Part shown: in pieces, positions 27,291-41,200 of the stretch
How the letters are laid out: each line of letters starts with the position of its first letter
Position numbering within the stretch: position 1 is the first letter of the stretch
DNA from: Marsupella aquatica
Lineage: Eukaryota; Plantae; Marchantiophyta
Assembly: GCA_973895155.1 (NCBI GenBank)
Contig: OZ316893.1
Span: forward strand, 20,030,857-20,094,856
Length of the DNA stretch: 64,000 bases
Direction: 5' to 3'
Position numbers and translations under genes: made by a program
Notes under the pieces: model-generated
The model's input: only the letters and a program-made list of their open reading frames with translations
Told to the model about the DNA's origin: nothing
The model's database searches: none

Positions 27291-30200
27291 ATGCCGATCA
27301 TGAATAGGAAGGCTATCAGCGAGCCCAGTCACTCGTTGGACAGGGAGCGAGGATTCGTGGGGATTCTCAAGGCCAGAAAGGCGGGGCAAGTTACTGAGAT
27401 TGACTGGAATAGCCTCCTGCTTGGCAAGAAGGTTTTCTCTGAGCAGGAATTTGATGATGGTGAGTCATCCACGTTGTTTCTTCAAATGTCTCTCAGCAGA
27501 AGTACTAGAAGGCGTAAGAATTTTGTTTGCAGCGATGCAGATGTACTTTGTTCTCTGCTTCACCATTGTCAGCTGTTGTCCTGTGATTGAATCCTCGAAT
27601 ACTGTTCGTAATGTTCTTTCAGCGGAGGTAGAAGCGCCAAGGAACAGTCTCGAGTCCTCTCCCGGAAGGGGCACTCCCAGGCTTAGCGGAACAAGGCATG
27701 AAGATATCCCTGTAAGAAATTTACTTTCTCTGCCATCGTCTCTACCTTTCATGCTGCAATATCAGACGACATGTACTTGGATGCGCACACAGTTCACTGC
27801 TTCGTAGCACGTTTCCTCGTATCTCCTGCGATAGTCACTTTATAGCTACGGTCAGCTGACTTTATCCCGTGTGCCTGATACATTTCAGTACTCGGTTGAG
27901 ATTCCGAAACCGATTCCGCATCGCTACGGTAGGTCCGAGGAGAATTTCTACAGCAGGGCCAGTGAATTAGGCAAGCCGAAGGCGACTACTGCAGAAGTTT
28001 TGCCCATCAAGACTCTGATAGCTCAAGATTCCAGCGATGCGGAGCATGAAAAAAAGCGTCGTTCAGCCCCCAGTGTTGTGGCCAGGTTGATGGGTCTGGA
28101 TACACTTCCAGACATATTGTCCAAGGGAAGTCCAACCAAACCACCCAAACATTCGAAATCGTCGCAGGGCTCTAGGAAGGATACAAAGCCGCATTCAACC
28201 CGAGCGGAGATTTGTAGCAGACCACCGAGTCCTCTTCACGATGTGGACACCATCAAGGATTTTCCCCTGCCCAAAGGCCGAGCTCAAGCCGACGCTGATG
28301 TCCGTGAAGAGAAAACAGATTTTGATGTCCTCCCATTTAGGTACCATCCTCAAGAGAGACAGTTGCAAGAGTTCAAGAAAGAGTTCATGGAAAAATTGGC
28401 GCACCAGCGTTACGGAACAACTGCTGGTGGAGCTGGGGATCGAGACTTCGGTGCGAAGCGCAAACTGCTACGTGAGAAGTTGAGTGAGGCGAAGCAAGCC
28501 CTGACTGGTGGTGGAGATGAATCTAGGCGGCTGTCATCCGCTCAAGAGAAGTTGATGCAGACGAAAGAGTTTCAGGATGCCATAGAACTCTTGCAGACCA
28601 ATAAGGAGTTTTTCAAGAAGTTCTTCCCTGAATCCAATTCTGTTTCGTCGTTCGGTGGCAACAAGGACCCTCCAGAACCTGAGTGTCCTAGCAGGAGGTC
28701 TTTTCACCTTGGTGATTCACACATCGAGCCTGTACGACATGACGAGACATCTAGAAGATCATTTCATTTGGGTGATTTTTCCAGGGAGTCTAGGAAGTCT
28801 TCCTTCCTTGACGAACCCTCCAAGGAGTCCAGCAGAGGATCTTTCCACCTCGACGAGCTGACGAAGGAGTCTGGGAGATCGTTCCTCCATCATCATTCAC
28901 AAGAGTCACCCAAAGACTCGTCTGGGAGGAGATCTTTCCACGTAGAAGATCATACAGCAAGGGATTCAAGGAGGACACGATACCTCGAAGATGTGACCAA
29001 GGAAATTCGAGCTCTTGAGGACTACACCGACTCAAGGCATGAGGTTTACCAAACTAGCAGCCAAGCCTATCCCACTTTAGACCTTAGGAAACGTAGGGAA
29101 ACAAGGCACAAGACTCCGGGACCGAATCCAGTGGCCGAGGAGGTGGTGGTAATGCAGAAGTCCAAGATCAGCAGCAGGGATAGGGAAGCTAATTCATGGC
29201 CTACTCCAGATCACAGCAATGTGAGGCCTGGTTCCCCTAACAATTTCGATTCTAGAAAAAGTTGCGATTCTCCGAGCCGCATTGTCGTTCTAAAGCCAGG
29301 TCCCGGCGAGATTACCTTACTTAGTCCAGCCATGGATCGAAGCTGTTCTCCACATTCCTACAGAGTCGTGAGAGATCCTCGAGGGAGCCTGTTTGAAGCT
29401 CGGGAAGTCATCCTTCTAGATCCCAAGGAGAGATTCAGCCCCCCTATAATGGAAGAGCCCAGACAATCCAGAGAAGAGTACAGGGATCCGAGAGTTGACC
29501 CCAGAGCTATTGCCAGAGACATCGTGAGAGAAGCCAGAACAAATAGCACTAGGGAGCTCTCGAGGGATAGAGAAACGGGGAGGGAGTCTCCGAGGCCAGG
29601 TAATGTGAGCCTGACTAGGGTCAACGGGAGCTCTGATGCGAAAAGAGTCTCGTTACCCAAATACAGGCATGGGCATGGGCTGATGGAGAGCATGGAGGAC
29701 AGAATTTCTGATAGCGATGATACCATGGGCTCGTTCACTTTGGCCGCATTGTCTAAACGTCAGGCTATGGAGGAAAAGGTTAGGTCTGGTTCACCCACCG
29801 TGCCTATCCCCAGTCCGAAGTATCGATCACAGGAGACACCACTCACCTCGGACAGATTATCTCACAAAGACGGGAAATTGCGCAGACTGCCAGAGAAACC
29901 CAAAGCATTTTATCGCGACGAGCAGATTGAGGAGCAGCATAGGCAGGACCCCACAGAAGTACGAATTACAATGGGTCAAGCGCATGAGCTGAATCGATCT
30001 CCCATGATATCGCGGCCGAGGCAATATTTGCCTGGAATTAAGTCCTCTGGTGGTAAGGGTCGTCCAGATCCTTTTCAAGAAAGCCACATCCGGTCAGACT
30101 TTTGGAAAGGTGCAGATGTTAATATGTACACTAGCTCACCAAGCACCGAGAAATTTGTGAAGATCGAGACAATGTATCCCAGCAACTACCATCCAAATGG

Positions 30201-32306
30201 CGGGAATGACAGCCAAGATACTTCTCCGCGAACAGTGTTCAGAGCCAGGTCCTTCCCAAATGCTGGCGCAATGGTTGGCACCAAAATCCGCGGTGCAGAG
30301 GTTCTTACTCGAACTGGGAGCAATGCTAGCCACGCAGCGGCGCAGGAGAGAAAGGAGAGTTCTGAACACTTTTATTTGAAAGAGAAGAAGGCCGAAGCCA
30401 GGCCGGCTTTCTTGTTAAGCAGGAAGAAGGTCGGAAGTAGTGACATGATCTCGTCAGGGAGGTCAATTCCCCATGAACCTCGGCCTGTGGACTGCAACGC
30501 TGTGCAAGATATCCACGGTAACATGAGCGTCGGATCTAGTTTAGCTGCGCAGCAGCACAATCTATCTGTAGTGATATGGCCTTCTTACGAAAACGCTGTC
30601 CCAATTGAAGGGGGTTCCAGGCAATCTTGCGAGCCCGACCTAGTCGACGTGTTATCACTGCGACCTCCGCAGACGCCCCCCGGAGCGACAGACAACTCAG
30701 AGCCCGACGAATTGAGGACAATTTCTAGTCGCAAGCAATTAGAGGTAAGCAGTAACAAAACTTTACAAATCTTCCACTGAGGTTTTAGAAAGTCCTAGAA
30801 CTGTGGATTCTCCAACTTTTAGCAATTGAAGTCCGGTTGTATTCCATCGTGTGTTTGACACTTCATTTCTTTTTCTGCAGGTTCCAGTCAACCAGCAGGG
30901 ATCAAAATGCTCAAAAGCATGGTCAATAGCAACTGAAACCATGGAGAACGGCGATGGAGATGGTGCGTCCGAAACTAGTGTAGACAAATGTGGACAGCCT
31001 AGTCCTGTGTCTGTCTTGGATTCGCCATTTGAAGCCGAAATTTCTAGCCCGGTGGAGTTCAAGGAGCTTAGTTCTGATATTCAAGGTGAGATGATCGTCA
31101 AGCAACGTGGATCTACTCTTTACTACTCGTCTACAATAGTACCAAGCAGAGCTTATCAATTACCCACCATTTTGACATGGGGAACACATTCCTACAATAG
31201 AACCCTAGAGCATCGGCTCGGAATCTCAGCCTGTAGCATATTGTGGATTGAATTCTTCCACTTGGTCAATGTGAGAAGGAAAGCTTGTCTAATTGGTCCA
31301 AATGCTGGATGCTCCGGAGGGTATTTCGCACTGCCCTCTTTTTCGAATTTGGTACTTGTGGGGATTGAATACCAGATAGTAAGAGCATAGGGACAAACAA
31401 CGGGTGTTTCTCACTGTTTTTGTGGGCTTGCTTACAGATCTGCGGTTAAGGCTGCGATTACTCAAATTGGATGGCAGTGACAGATCGACGGGTTTGGAAA
31501 GCTTGGAAGCGAAGGAGAAGTTAATTTCCCAAAGTCTTGTGCGACACACTGACAACTGCCAAGAGTCCACGGAGAGCATTAGTTCCAGCTTCAACAGCAC
31601 CAGGTTTTCAGGTCACAGGGATCTCGAGCTACAGTCCCTACAGTCACAAGCATTACTTTTTCAAGCAGATAAGGTAGATATAGAAGGATTTAAGTGTCCT
31701 GAGGGGAGGCGTGAGGAACTCCTCTATGTACGAAACATACTTTTTGCTTCTGGCTTCACGAACGGCGGTCAGATGATGATTGGGAAATGGCATTCTCCGA
31801 CGTGTCCTCTGGCTCCTTCTGTGTATGAGAGGCTGGAAGACTCTTACGTTCGGGCGGACCTGCAGCTCATGGAGCATGGTAATACCAAGAGCAATTCTTG
31901 CAGGGAAGGGAAAAGTGATTCCTCCAGTCGGCGACTCCTTTTTGACGTGGTGAATGAGGTGCTGTCATCTCTTCTAGGTCCATATTTAAGCTTTCAACCC
32001 TGGATCCGGCCCTCTACTCCATTCATACGCCCAATTCCTACTGACTGGGAACTAGTCAGTGCGACATGGTTGGAAATCTGTTCGTACTTCCATCCTGAAG
32101 GTCTTGAAGCGTTCGAAGCCTTGGATTGCTTAATGGGCCGCGATGTTTCTAAACGGACGCCATGGGTAGACTCACTGACGACCTACGAGCAGATAGGCCT
32201 CGAGTTAGAACGAACAATTTTTGAAAGCTTGATTGAAGAAACTGTGTATTCCTTTGCCCTTTCAAGTAACTGCAAAAGTACAGTAGTTAAAGGTCTGGTA
32301 GACTAG
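27291..32306 (+). CDS. TRM: TON1-recruiting motif (TRM)/LONGIFOLIA family protein (VARLMGL, DUF3741, DUF4378), ~1395 aa
   Basis: Phase-consistent GT-AG exons: 27291-27459, 27623-27711, 27889-30744, 30881-31085, 31438-32306. Motifs EAPRNSLE, SVVARLMGLD, KEFQDAIELLQTNKEFF, SRIVVLKPG, QPSPVSVLD, YVRNILFASG, RRLLFDVVNEVL, IGLELERTIFESLIEE. The start could instead be the ATG at 27300. Confidence 0.92.
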
Positions 32307-35282
32307 ACTGTGTTAATTTATTTAGCCACTGGGGTCCTATTTATGTGTCCCGAGGACTGAACATCACTGTACTCGGAAGTTAGGGAGTTAGTCCAGTCTT
32401 CTAATTAGTAGAGAGCTACCTCTTGATGGGGAACAAAAGTATTCTCTGAAACAGAATTGTAGTTGTAAATCTATTTTCCTAGGTCATCATACACTTGTAC
32501 CAAAAGTATTAATAAGTTCGACGCCTCATCTATCCTGAAGTTGGGTTAATGATCTGTATGCCCATCCAGCTCTCATAGGGATACTTGGTGGAAGCAATTC
32601 TGGATGATTGTTTTGAATGGGATTTGAATTCCCGGTTCTGCATTATATCTCCATTGTTTGCGATTATTTTGGTTTCCTTCTCTGGAATGCTTCAATGTTC
32701 AGAAGTTCAGAAGGTTGTTCTTCCCCTTCCGTGTGGCCTCCTTCCTACGCTCATCTAGAGAAGGTTGGAAAGGCACATCAAGCTCTGTTTCAAGAATCTC
32801 CTCTGGAGCTTTCCGTTCTAAATGGAGTGAGAAACGCCTTCAAGCTTTGATTGTTTGGGTCCAAAGACTTTCAAGCTCCCAAAGACTGGACATGACTCAT
32901 ACGAGGTGTCTTAGGAGCCTCATGGATCATTTTGTGAAAGACCGGATGAGATGGCCTATTACTTAAACAAGTGTCTACACATCACAGATGTTAGCGCGAC
33001 TGGTCTCCAAGCGGTACCTATCCAAGTAAAGCAAGTTTGACATCGCATGTACAAGGAGCTAGCAAGGCATGAAAGAAGTCTGCCTTCGGTGTGTCAGTTG
33101 GCGTTACTCAGGCAGGGTTGTACAAGGGTCGGACCCTCTGCTAATAATCAACATTATAACGAATCCTTACCTGGAATCATCATGATGTTCGCTCGTGAGA
33201 GTTGTACGTAAATGATCAGAGTCAAAACACTTGGCGCCGAGTAAGGTTAAGTCCGAGAAACATTAATAATTTAGAGCCAAAGTGAGGCAACCGGTGAGAC
33301 ACCCAGGTGGCAGGGGCTTTGGATGTGGTCTACTTTGGATGTAGCTAGCCCAGGGTCATGATCACTTCACTTGGGAAGGAGACCCAGAAAACCCAACACC
33401 GGCTTTACCTGTGCTCGGACAAGAGGACAGGAGGAAGAGATGTCGTCGTGGGATTTGTGACGGACGAGATTCATTGTCTTCGACATTGATTGTGTGTTAA
33501 GAAAGCTCGAACCAATAATTGCATGCCAATTACTCATCGATTGAAAACACCCCGACGATCAATAATGATGTATTCTTGCATTAAAGTTCTCGTCCGAACC
33601 GTTGGAGTTTCCCTCTGTTTCTCCATAATTTCTGAATGAATTAGTGAAAGTTCTAGGATTGTTGTGCAGGAGAGATTTCCGTGATGGGAAGAAAGGGCAG
33701 CGAGTCTGGATGGTCTTTAACAGTTTACCCCAGCCGAAGAAGAGACATCTGGTGGTAAAGTGGGCAGCTGTATAATTATGGCAAATTACCCAATCCAAAA
33801 GTTATTGATGCAAAACAAGGGAGTATATTCACAGGCAAAGAACTCCAACATCTCCGCGACGATTCAAGTATTTGATCGTTGGGAAAGGACACTCATTCAA
33901 CACTTCTGCTTGTGCTTCAGGAGAAAGCCATTCTTCTCTTGGGGTTTGCATTAAGCTTGTCACTGATCACTCTTGCAGTGAGGGACAACATGTGCATCCT
34001 CTGAAGGTGGAACATGACCGTGAGAGCATTTGCTAATAAATTAGGCACAGGAGGGTCATGATAGAACTTAGCCAACACTCCTCACCACAGACTGCATTTA
34101 CCACGAGAATCTCTTTTCCGCCAGCCAATGATCTATTTGAGAAAGGCATGCTTGAGATAGTTTTCCACACGTGAGGCTGTATAGAAATTCTTTGTTTCAC
34201 ATAATTATGCTGAATCTGCACTCTTTTTCATCCACTTCGATGGCTCAGTTCGCCTTCCCTGCAATTGAAGGTACAGTACTGTATTGGTACAGTACTGCAT
34301 AATTTGCACCGTCAGCAAGTGGGAGGGGTTTTGTAGTTGATCGGGTTGAAGATTTTCGCAACACCCCAATATTAATTTGAAGCGTGTGACTTAAACCAAA
34401 GCCCCGTCTGACTGCATCATGTTGTTGCTCGAAAGTTCATCAAGATTATTAATGCCAACATCGTCGAACCCGAGTCCGTAGAGGCAGCTCGTGGACAGGT
34501 TGGAATTCAGCAGGGAACCGCACCAGGGAATCCATATCCTTGTCCCCCGCCTTGTCCATACTTGCATGAACGGAACGCCTTTATCGTTGCATAGCAGCTG
34601 GCGCTGCCAACCCATCGGCATGCCCAAGAAAAGAACCGAACCAACAAGTGACACCTTTTGCAGACCTTCCGCGATCCCATCTAAAGCTGCATGCAGACAG
34701 CGTCCGCTTGACCGCCAGTCTGAAGGCGAAAAACGTGAATACACATTGTTACCTTTTCGAAGGGAGTAAAACAAGACATATAGATGTCCAGCAGCTCCCT
34801 AATCATCTACCTTGGTTGGATCGATGCCTAGCTTCTTGAGCTGTCTTCTCGAGCGACTCGAATGTGTTAAGGAGCCTGCACCGCAAATTTCGAGCAGGCT
34901 CCATATATTTACGAGAGCACCACTCCCTCTACCAGTAAATCAACTTTGACATCACAGCAGCGATAGATGTCATTTGTTTGAGCAATGATCAACTCAGAAA
35001 CCACAAGACAATATCATTCCACCATCACCACCAATGGCACCGCCAATTTCTATCAATCAAGCAGAGAATCTCAGAACGCAAAATGAGACTAGCGCAAATT
35101 GGCTCGCTCATCGGAAGGAAGGAAGCACCAAATCGAAAACAGTCGGAAGAATTACTCTAGTGCAGGAGAGTCCTTGACTACGGTGCTTACTCTGCGTATC
35201 GTTGGCGTTTGCAGTATGATGGGTAATTAGATGTGTAGCAAGAGTCTGCCATCACCACCCCCGATTGGGTTTTGAATATATT

Positions 35283-35546
35283 GAGGCTTTAATAATCTTT
35301 TAAGTATTTTTCATGGCCAATGGCACCTTGTGCCCCGGAGTTAGAGTAGATGCTAAGGCTTAAATTCTCCAAATGTATTCATGACCCTTAGATTTCCCTA
35401 GATTTGAGATTTAAGGAGAACCGTCAAGTTGCGACTATGAAAGGAAACTGGCTAATGAGACCCTCCAGAAAGGTGGCCAAATTTAGCCGAAAGATATTTA
35501 TGAGATTAAATTTGGCAGCTAAGGAACCACGCACTTTTCAAAGCCG
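35283..35546. mobile_element. Diverged relative of the 47060-47344 hAT-type MITE
   Basis: Colinear with the reverse complement of 47060-47344: GAGTAGAT-CTAA, CCCTAGATTT...AAGGAGA, TGGCTAATG, TTAGCC-AAAG, AATTTGGC, GCACTT. Confidence 0.5.
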
Positions 35547-35830
35547 GAGGTTGCTTTCCAGCTCTAATTTTGGTACTTTTGGGGATTCAAAAGGCTGTCA
35601 AGCGACGTAGAAATAATCATTAGGGCTCATTTCGGCTTTACCGAACACACAGAGAGACGTGTTTCAAAGAAGACACAAAAGTATCCACACCGAAGCCGAA
35701 GAACACTGATGTCAAGTATTGCACTGCCGGACATGCAAACTGCTTTTCTGTGTTATGAAAAGTCTTTCGAGGCAAACACAACGAAATTGAGGGGGACACA
35801 TGTGAGGAACTAAAACTCACATACATTAGT

Positions 35831-35903
35831 TGGAGGTGCGGGGTATCGATCCCCGTGCCTATCGCATGCAAAGCGATCGCTCTACCATGTGAGCTACACC
35901 CCC
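35831..35903 (-). tRNA. trnA-UGC: tRNA-Ala (anticodon UGC), intronless
   Basis: GGGGGTGTAGCTCACATGGTAGAGCGATCGCTTTGCATGCGATAGGCACGGGGATCGATACCCCGCACCTCCA forms a full cloverleaf with the G3:U70 alanine determinant. A T4 terminator lies ~15 nt downstream. Confidence 0.97.
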
Positions 35904-36149
35904 GTTCTGGATTTGGAGCCTGGATTTCAATTATGGTTTAGTAAAAATGTTCATATACAATACAAGAGGAACAATCCCAGAGAGGAGTCGCTGTCGGCTG
36001 TGTGCGTTTCTTGTCGACGCAAGTGTTACCAGTATGTCTGTGTCATTTGCTGAATTTGTGATCGTTCCCAAAATGACCCCGTGATCATTTGCTGAATTTC
36101 AGTTTAATGTTGTGATGGCCCCAAAACGATCCCACACCTTGTTGTACAC

Positions 36150-37095
36150 CTTTTTGCCGCGACAGTATTGTTACAAAACTGTTCAGTGTCCAAATAGCTT
36201 TGGTCCACCTTGTTGTCCACTTTTTGTCGGGACAGTACTGTCCTAAACTGTATTTTGCCCACACAGCTTTGGTTGTCACATAGCTTTGGTGCGCAAACCT
36301 ACTTGTTCACTTTATTGTCACAACATTATTGTCATAAACTGTATTTTGACCACATAGCTTTGGTTGTCTAACTTTGTACATAGTTTCAATTATTCATTCA
36401 ATAAAAGTGTGATCAAAATTTATTCTTTATTATATTTTTTGAAGATTAATGAAATCATAAAATTCCATCATTTTAATAGTCTTATATAAGATATCATGCA
36501 CATATTTCTTTCTATACACATATGTTGTGGCGGGCTCATAGTACATTATGTTTTGAATATAAATATTTAAAAATTATTAAAAAAACTTACATGTATTGAT
36601 TGACATACATTACAGTCATGAATATTTTCATACACATAATGATTTTTTCATGCACATAATGGCCATGGAATTACGATCTAGAGCCTCTAGATCTAGGCTC
36701 TTAAAATTAGACTTTATAATAAGATAACTGTAATTGTCAAACAATATAATTGGGTGTAACATTGTGACCACATAACTATGTCACGTACCTGGTTTGAAAA
36801 GCGGTACTGTAAAGAGTATAATTGGGTGTAACATTGTGACCACATAACTATGGTCGAGGACCTGGTTTGAAACGTGGTACTGCCTAGAAACTGAAAAGCA
36901 AACGGTTAAATTGCTACACTCTGCGCTCAATACTACAATTGTATGGAAACTTAAAGGTGGTACTGCCCATGTTACTTACTCTGAGCTCAATACTACAAAT
37001 CCATGGAAAAGTGCTACTGCCCACAAACTGGAGAACTCAATAGCACCGGGTTACGATGCTATCCTCTGAGCTCAATACTGCAATGCAATGGAAAC
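36150..37095. repeat. Complex degenerate tandem-repeat block (probable transposon remnant)
   Basis: Units with AAACTGT...(C)ACATAGCTTTGGT (36160-36370), TATAATTGGGTGTAACATTGTGACCACATAACTATG x2 (~72-bp period) and CTCTG(A/C)GCTCAATACT...ATGGAAA x3. Confidence 0.65.
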
Positions 37096-38270
37096 GCACA
37101 CAATGTGGTGACAACTGGAAGAAGGTTTCCACTATGTGGGGAGTACCACTTGTTAATGAACACATACATTCTTTCGAAACTCTTTGCATCAAAGCATCGT
37201 CAATACCATGTGGACTCAGAGTACAGCGTTGTCAGCGAAATTGATTGTTGAGAACTCATTTTTGCTGGAAGCATATTTTCAAAGCGAAGACATTTAACTG
37301 CCCTCCCAACTATCCAGAAACATGTAATCTCACTCAAATAGAACTCAATGGCCTCGCTGAAGTTCGCAGACTTGACTACCAAGTTCGCAGACTTGACTAC
37401 CGGCGCAGAGCCAGTAGGTGCATGCTTGTGACGCGAGTAGAGCAAGGTCCGTGTAGATTGTTAGCTATATGACACAAAACTGGTTGGCCTCCTTCCATAA
37501 GTTCAAAGATTTTGTTTGGTGACTCGAGGATGCCTTCCAAAAAATTCTAGAACAAGATTAGGAAAGTTTTTTTCCCGAACCTAACCAATGGGACAAATTT
37601 CATGAGAGTCACAGAAAACTGTCATCCAACAAAAACCACATCTTACACCAAGACCGACAATGCATTAGTCCAGAAACAGTGAAGGGCTTAAATAATATAA
37701 TCCCACCTGCTGGAATTCACAATTGGTGATAATCTTTTCAAAAAATATCCTAGTCCTCCCAGACACAATAATCTGGACGGTTCCTGTCCTCTATTCACAG
37801 CTCATCATCGTCTCCACACCCCAAAAAATCACCTGCAATGGCAAGTCTGGTACTTCTCCGAAGGCAGGTAAAACTTCATACACTTGACCTGGAGTATTCC
37901 TTAAACATCTCCCAGACGCTTCTCGAGCTCATGGGAACAATTATCTACAAAATTGTGCGTCAACGATGAGGCATGCAATTGCAGCCAGTACCATCACATC
38001 TGCTGGCCAAATCCTAAACGCCCACAAAAATTGACAGCCAACAGGACCTTGTGAGGCCAAGTATATCTCAGGATATGTCCTGCCAAGAATTGTTGAATTT
38101 CTAAGTCTTGACCTGTACCTGTCAGCTGGCTGATAAATTGTACAACTCGTACAACATGTGTAATACTAAATGAGAATATCTGAGGTGCTCAACAGCCTAA
38201 TGGATTTATGATCCTGCGGAAAGGCAATTGGGATCCTTTTGGTAAAGAGAGAAACTTGGAACATAGCACC

Positions 38271-41200
38271 CTAAAACTCTTTCCTTTGCGTGATGTGCAC
38301 TTCTTGAGCGGGCACATGATACTCAATGCCAAGCCCTTCCAAGTGAAGCTTCATCTCCATAAGCAGCTCTGATCTGCGCTTCACAATCTCTCCCATGTCC
38401 TGGTAATTTATGGTATGCTTCAGACCCAATGACAATTTCATCCTCTCTCCTTCTCCCATCTGCATCACGTTGAGACCAAAATCTGGGCACCAATGATTTG
38501 GCTTGCTTTCAATATATCTGCACAACCAGATCGTGGTCAGAGTACGGCCGTAGTCATCACTACTTTCAAAGACGATATCCCGTAGGTTCATTTTCCTTTC
38601 GTCTCATCCTCTCTGTATTAGACAAATACCTCTCTTCACCAGAACATGGTCCATTCAGAAAGATTTCAAAACTTTGAGATTTGTTGGATATGATAACACT
38701 TTCTATGTGACAAGGAAAACTGCACATATACCCGGCAACGTAAGACACAATAAGTTGAGGCAAGAGAATTCATACTTTCCAATCCTCTCCTTGAAGGCAG
38801 CAACTTTGTCCACGGGTGTGCTTGCTTGGACAATAAAGTCAATAGCGTCGCCCATCTCTGGACTTCGATAGAAATTTTGTATTGGCTTCGTGGCAAGAAC
38901 CGAGTTGGGAAACCATACTTTAACATTGAAGTCCCCCAGAAATACTGTAGTCAAAATGTTCATTTCTTCCACGACCAGCTGCACGTACAGATGAGCAAAA
39001 ATTATTGTATAAGTGTTTCAGGTCCCTGTGCAAGAGCCGAGGAACTATAACAGCACTCCCGCCAAACCAGTACTTTACAGAATGACAATCCTATCCTTTC
39101 GCTTTATGAAGCACTACTTCAATGCACTCCGAGATCCATAAGCTAGGCTCAATGAAGTTTTTTAAAACAAAAATGGGAGAACCAAGCTACCAGCACACAC
39201 AAGCATGGTGGAGATAGTGAAGCTATCCAATACCTGCATTCCATCAACTACACAGCGGTCCCCGACATCGAAAGGATGCATAATAAATAGGAAGACAATA
39301 GCCTCAAATGTTGTCTTCAAAGTGTTGCCCCACACCAGTATCAACAATAAAACTTGTGAAGACAGAAAGAGAAGTAATTTTGTGGTAGCGATGCCCAGCA
39401 ACAATAACCAGATGACTATAACAATGACGCCCACCACAACATCTATCATTCTGTGAAGTTTGTTCACTGCAGTCTTTGTATCGTTCAGAGAATACGCCAA
39501 AGCTCGCCTCTCTTTGTACACATCAACCTGAACAAATCGCAAGACACGATTCAGGGTCAGACTCGGTAAGAATTGGGTATATCTACCCGTCTATCGGAGT
39601 GATGCAGCTTTATAGCACAACAAACTGCCTTCACTAAAAACTATAATCCCTTTCTATTTCAATTAAAACTCAGTCAAATGAAATTTCCTACGCATGTGAG
39701 AGTTTGATGTCCCCAGGACACTAAAGTCTCTCGAAGAGCCCAGATTAATATATCTGTTCAAGCAGAGTATCTCGGCTATCTGTGGCTCCCAGGCTGTCTG
39801 GCTCCCACCACCAGTGGATGGAGAGCTAAACAGGAGGAAAAGGATCCGACTAGTGGAGTCCTATAAGGCATCCACCTTCTCCAAGGTTCACATATTCTAG
39901 TAATTTGCTTCTATAGAGAGGACAAACCCACCTTTTACTTAAAGAAATTAAAAAACAACGTCCCCGCAGGCAGGGAGAGCCTAAACACAAACTCCGGCAG
40001 TTGCCAGAAAGATTCTCCAAATGCTTCCGGAGTCGGGACTCAGTTGGAGCCAGATATTAGTTTAGGCAGAGGAGAGTTTTCAGTGAAGGAATTAGGGCTA
40101 TTCGATGTCCCAACGCCATGTTATCAAGCTATCAAGTCGCAGATTTGCCAGTGAAATTAATGTCTCTACTATAGCATATTCCCAACCGCAACTCACAGTT
40201 GGAAAAATGGCACTCCTCCTAAGATCGCTGTGGGGATGACCTACAACCTCTTCGAAAGATCTACCTCATCTGCGGTAGTCCTAAAGAACAATCCAACCTA
40301 GTCCAATCAAACATGCAAACTGGTTCGAGGACGATCTATAGCATATTGGCCAAGTCATGTGCATCGTCATTCACAAAAGTTTGACACAGAAGTTCCGTTA
40401 AGAAAACGAAAGTTAATTATCGTAAGTCCGCAAGTGAAGAACTGGTCTAGGATAGACGCTTGCATGAAGAAGAACTTGCAAAGATTCACGGCTTTTTAGA
40501 GAACCGAGAGGTGCTGCTTTGAAGATACGAGATGAAGATGCGATGATAATTAGCTTTGCATAGTAACATATTGAAAAAACACATTGATACGTACCACCCA
40601 CTTCTTCAAAGCTTTCTTTGTCACACGCTTAGTTTCGACGGCTCCATCGAAATGTCCAAGAGCTTTCTTCGTCTCTTCTTCACGCATGAACCGCAATAAG
40701 TCATCTTCCGTGATTACGCTGCACAGAGGAACACACGTCACAGTCAACCAATCAACTGACGGATGCCTTGTTCTTTCAACCAGCGACCAGGAGCGCAGTG
40801 CAGGAAGACCCCAGCGGTCGCCATCGGAAAGCAGAAGAATTTTTTCGGCCAGAGGGGGGTCACAAACCTTCGGCCTGGTTTTGCCACGTTGTTGAAAATT
40901 GCCTTCGCCGCACTCTTCGCTTGCCATTCACTCTGTATTTCTGTTTCCGCCCCTTCACCTGTGTTTACGGTTTCCTCCAGTGAGTGGGTCAGAGTAGAAT
41001 TTCTAATAATGTGAATGAGTCTCTTCATGTTCCAGGCCGAGATGTTGGATATGTCAAGCTTTTGCAAAGTATCCACACTTATCCCTAAATTGAGTTCAGC
41101 ATGGCTTCCTGTTTGTTTCTTTGTCTTCTCGTCTGCCTGTGGAGTTCTACCGATCACACCACTTTGGGTACCCAACATCGCACTTCTAGTGTTCACTGAC

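Noticed and set aside
35640-35830. Possible tRNA-snoRNA dicistron downstream of tRNA-Ala
   Set aside because: A T4 terminator follows within ~15 nt and no C/D boxes are present.
36150-37095. CRISPR-like repeat array
   Set aside because: Eukaryotic context, degenerate units, related rather than unique spacers, and no cas genes.
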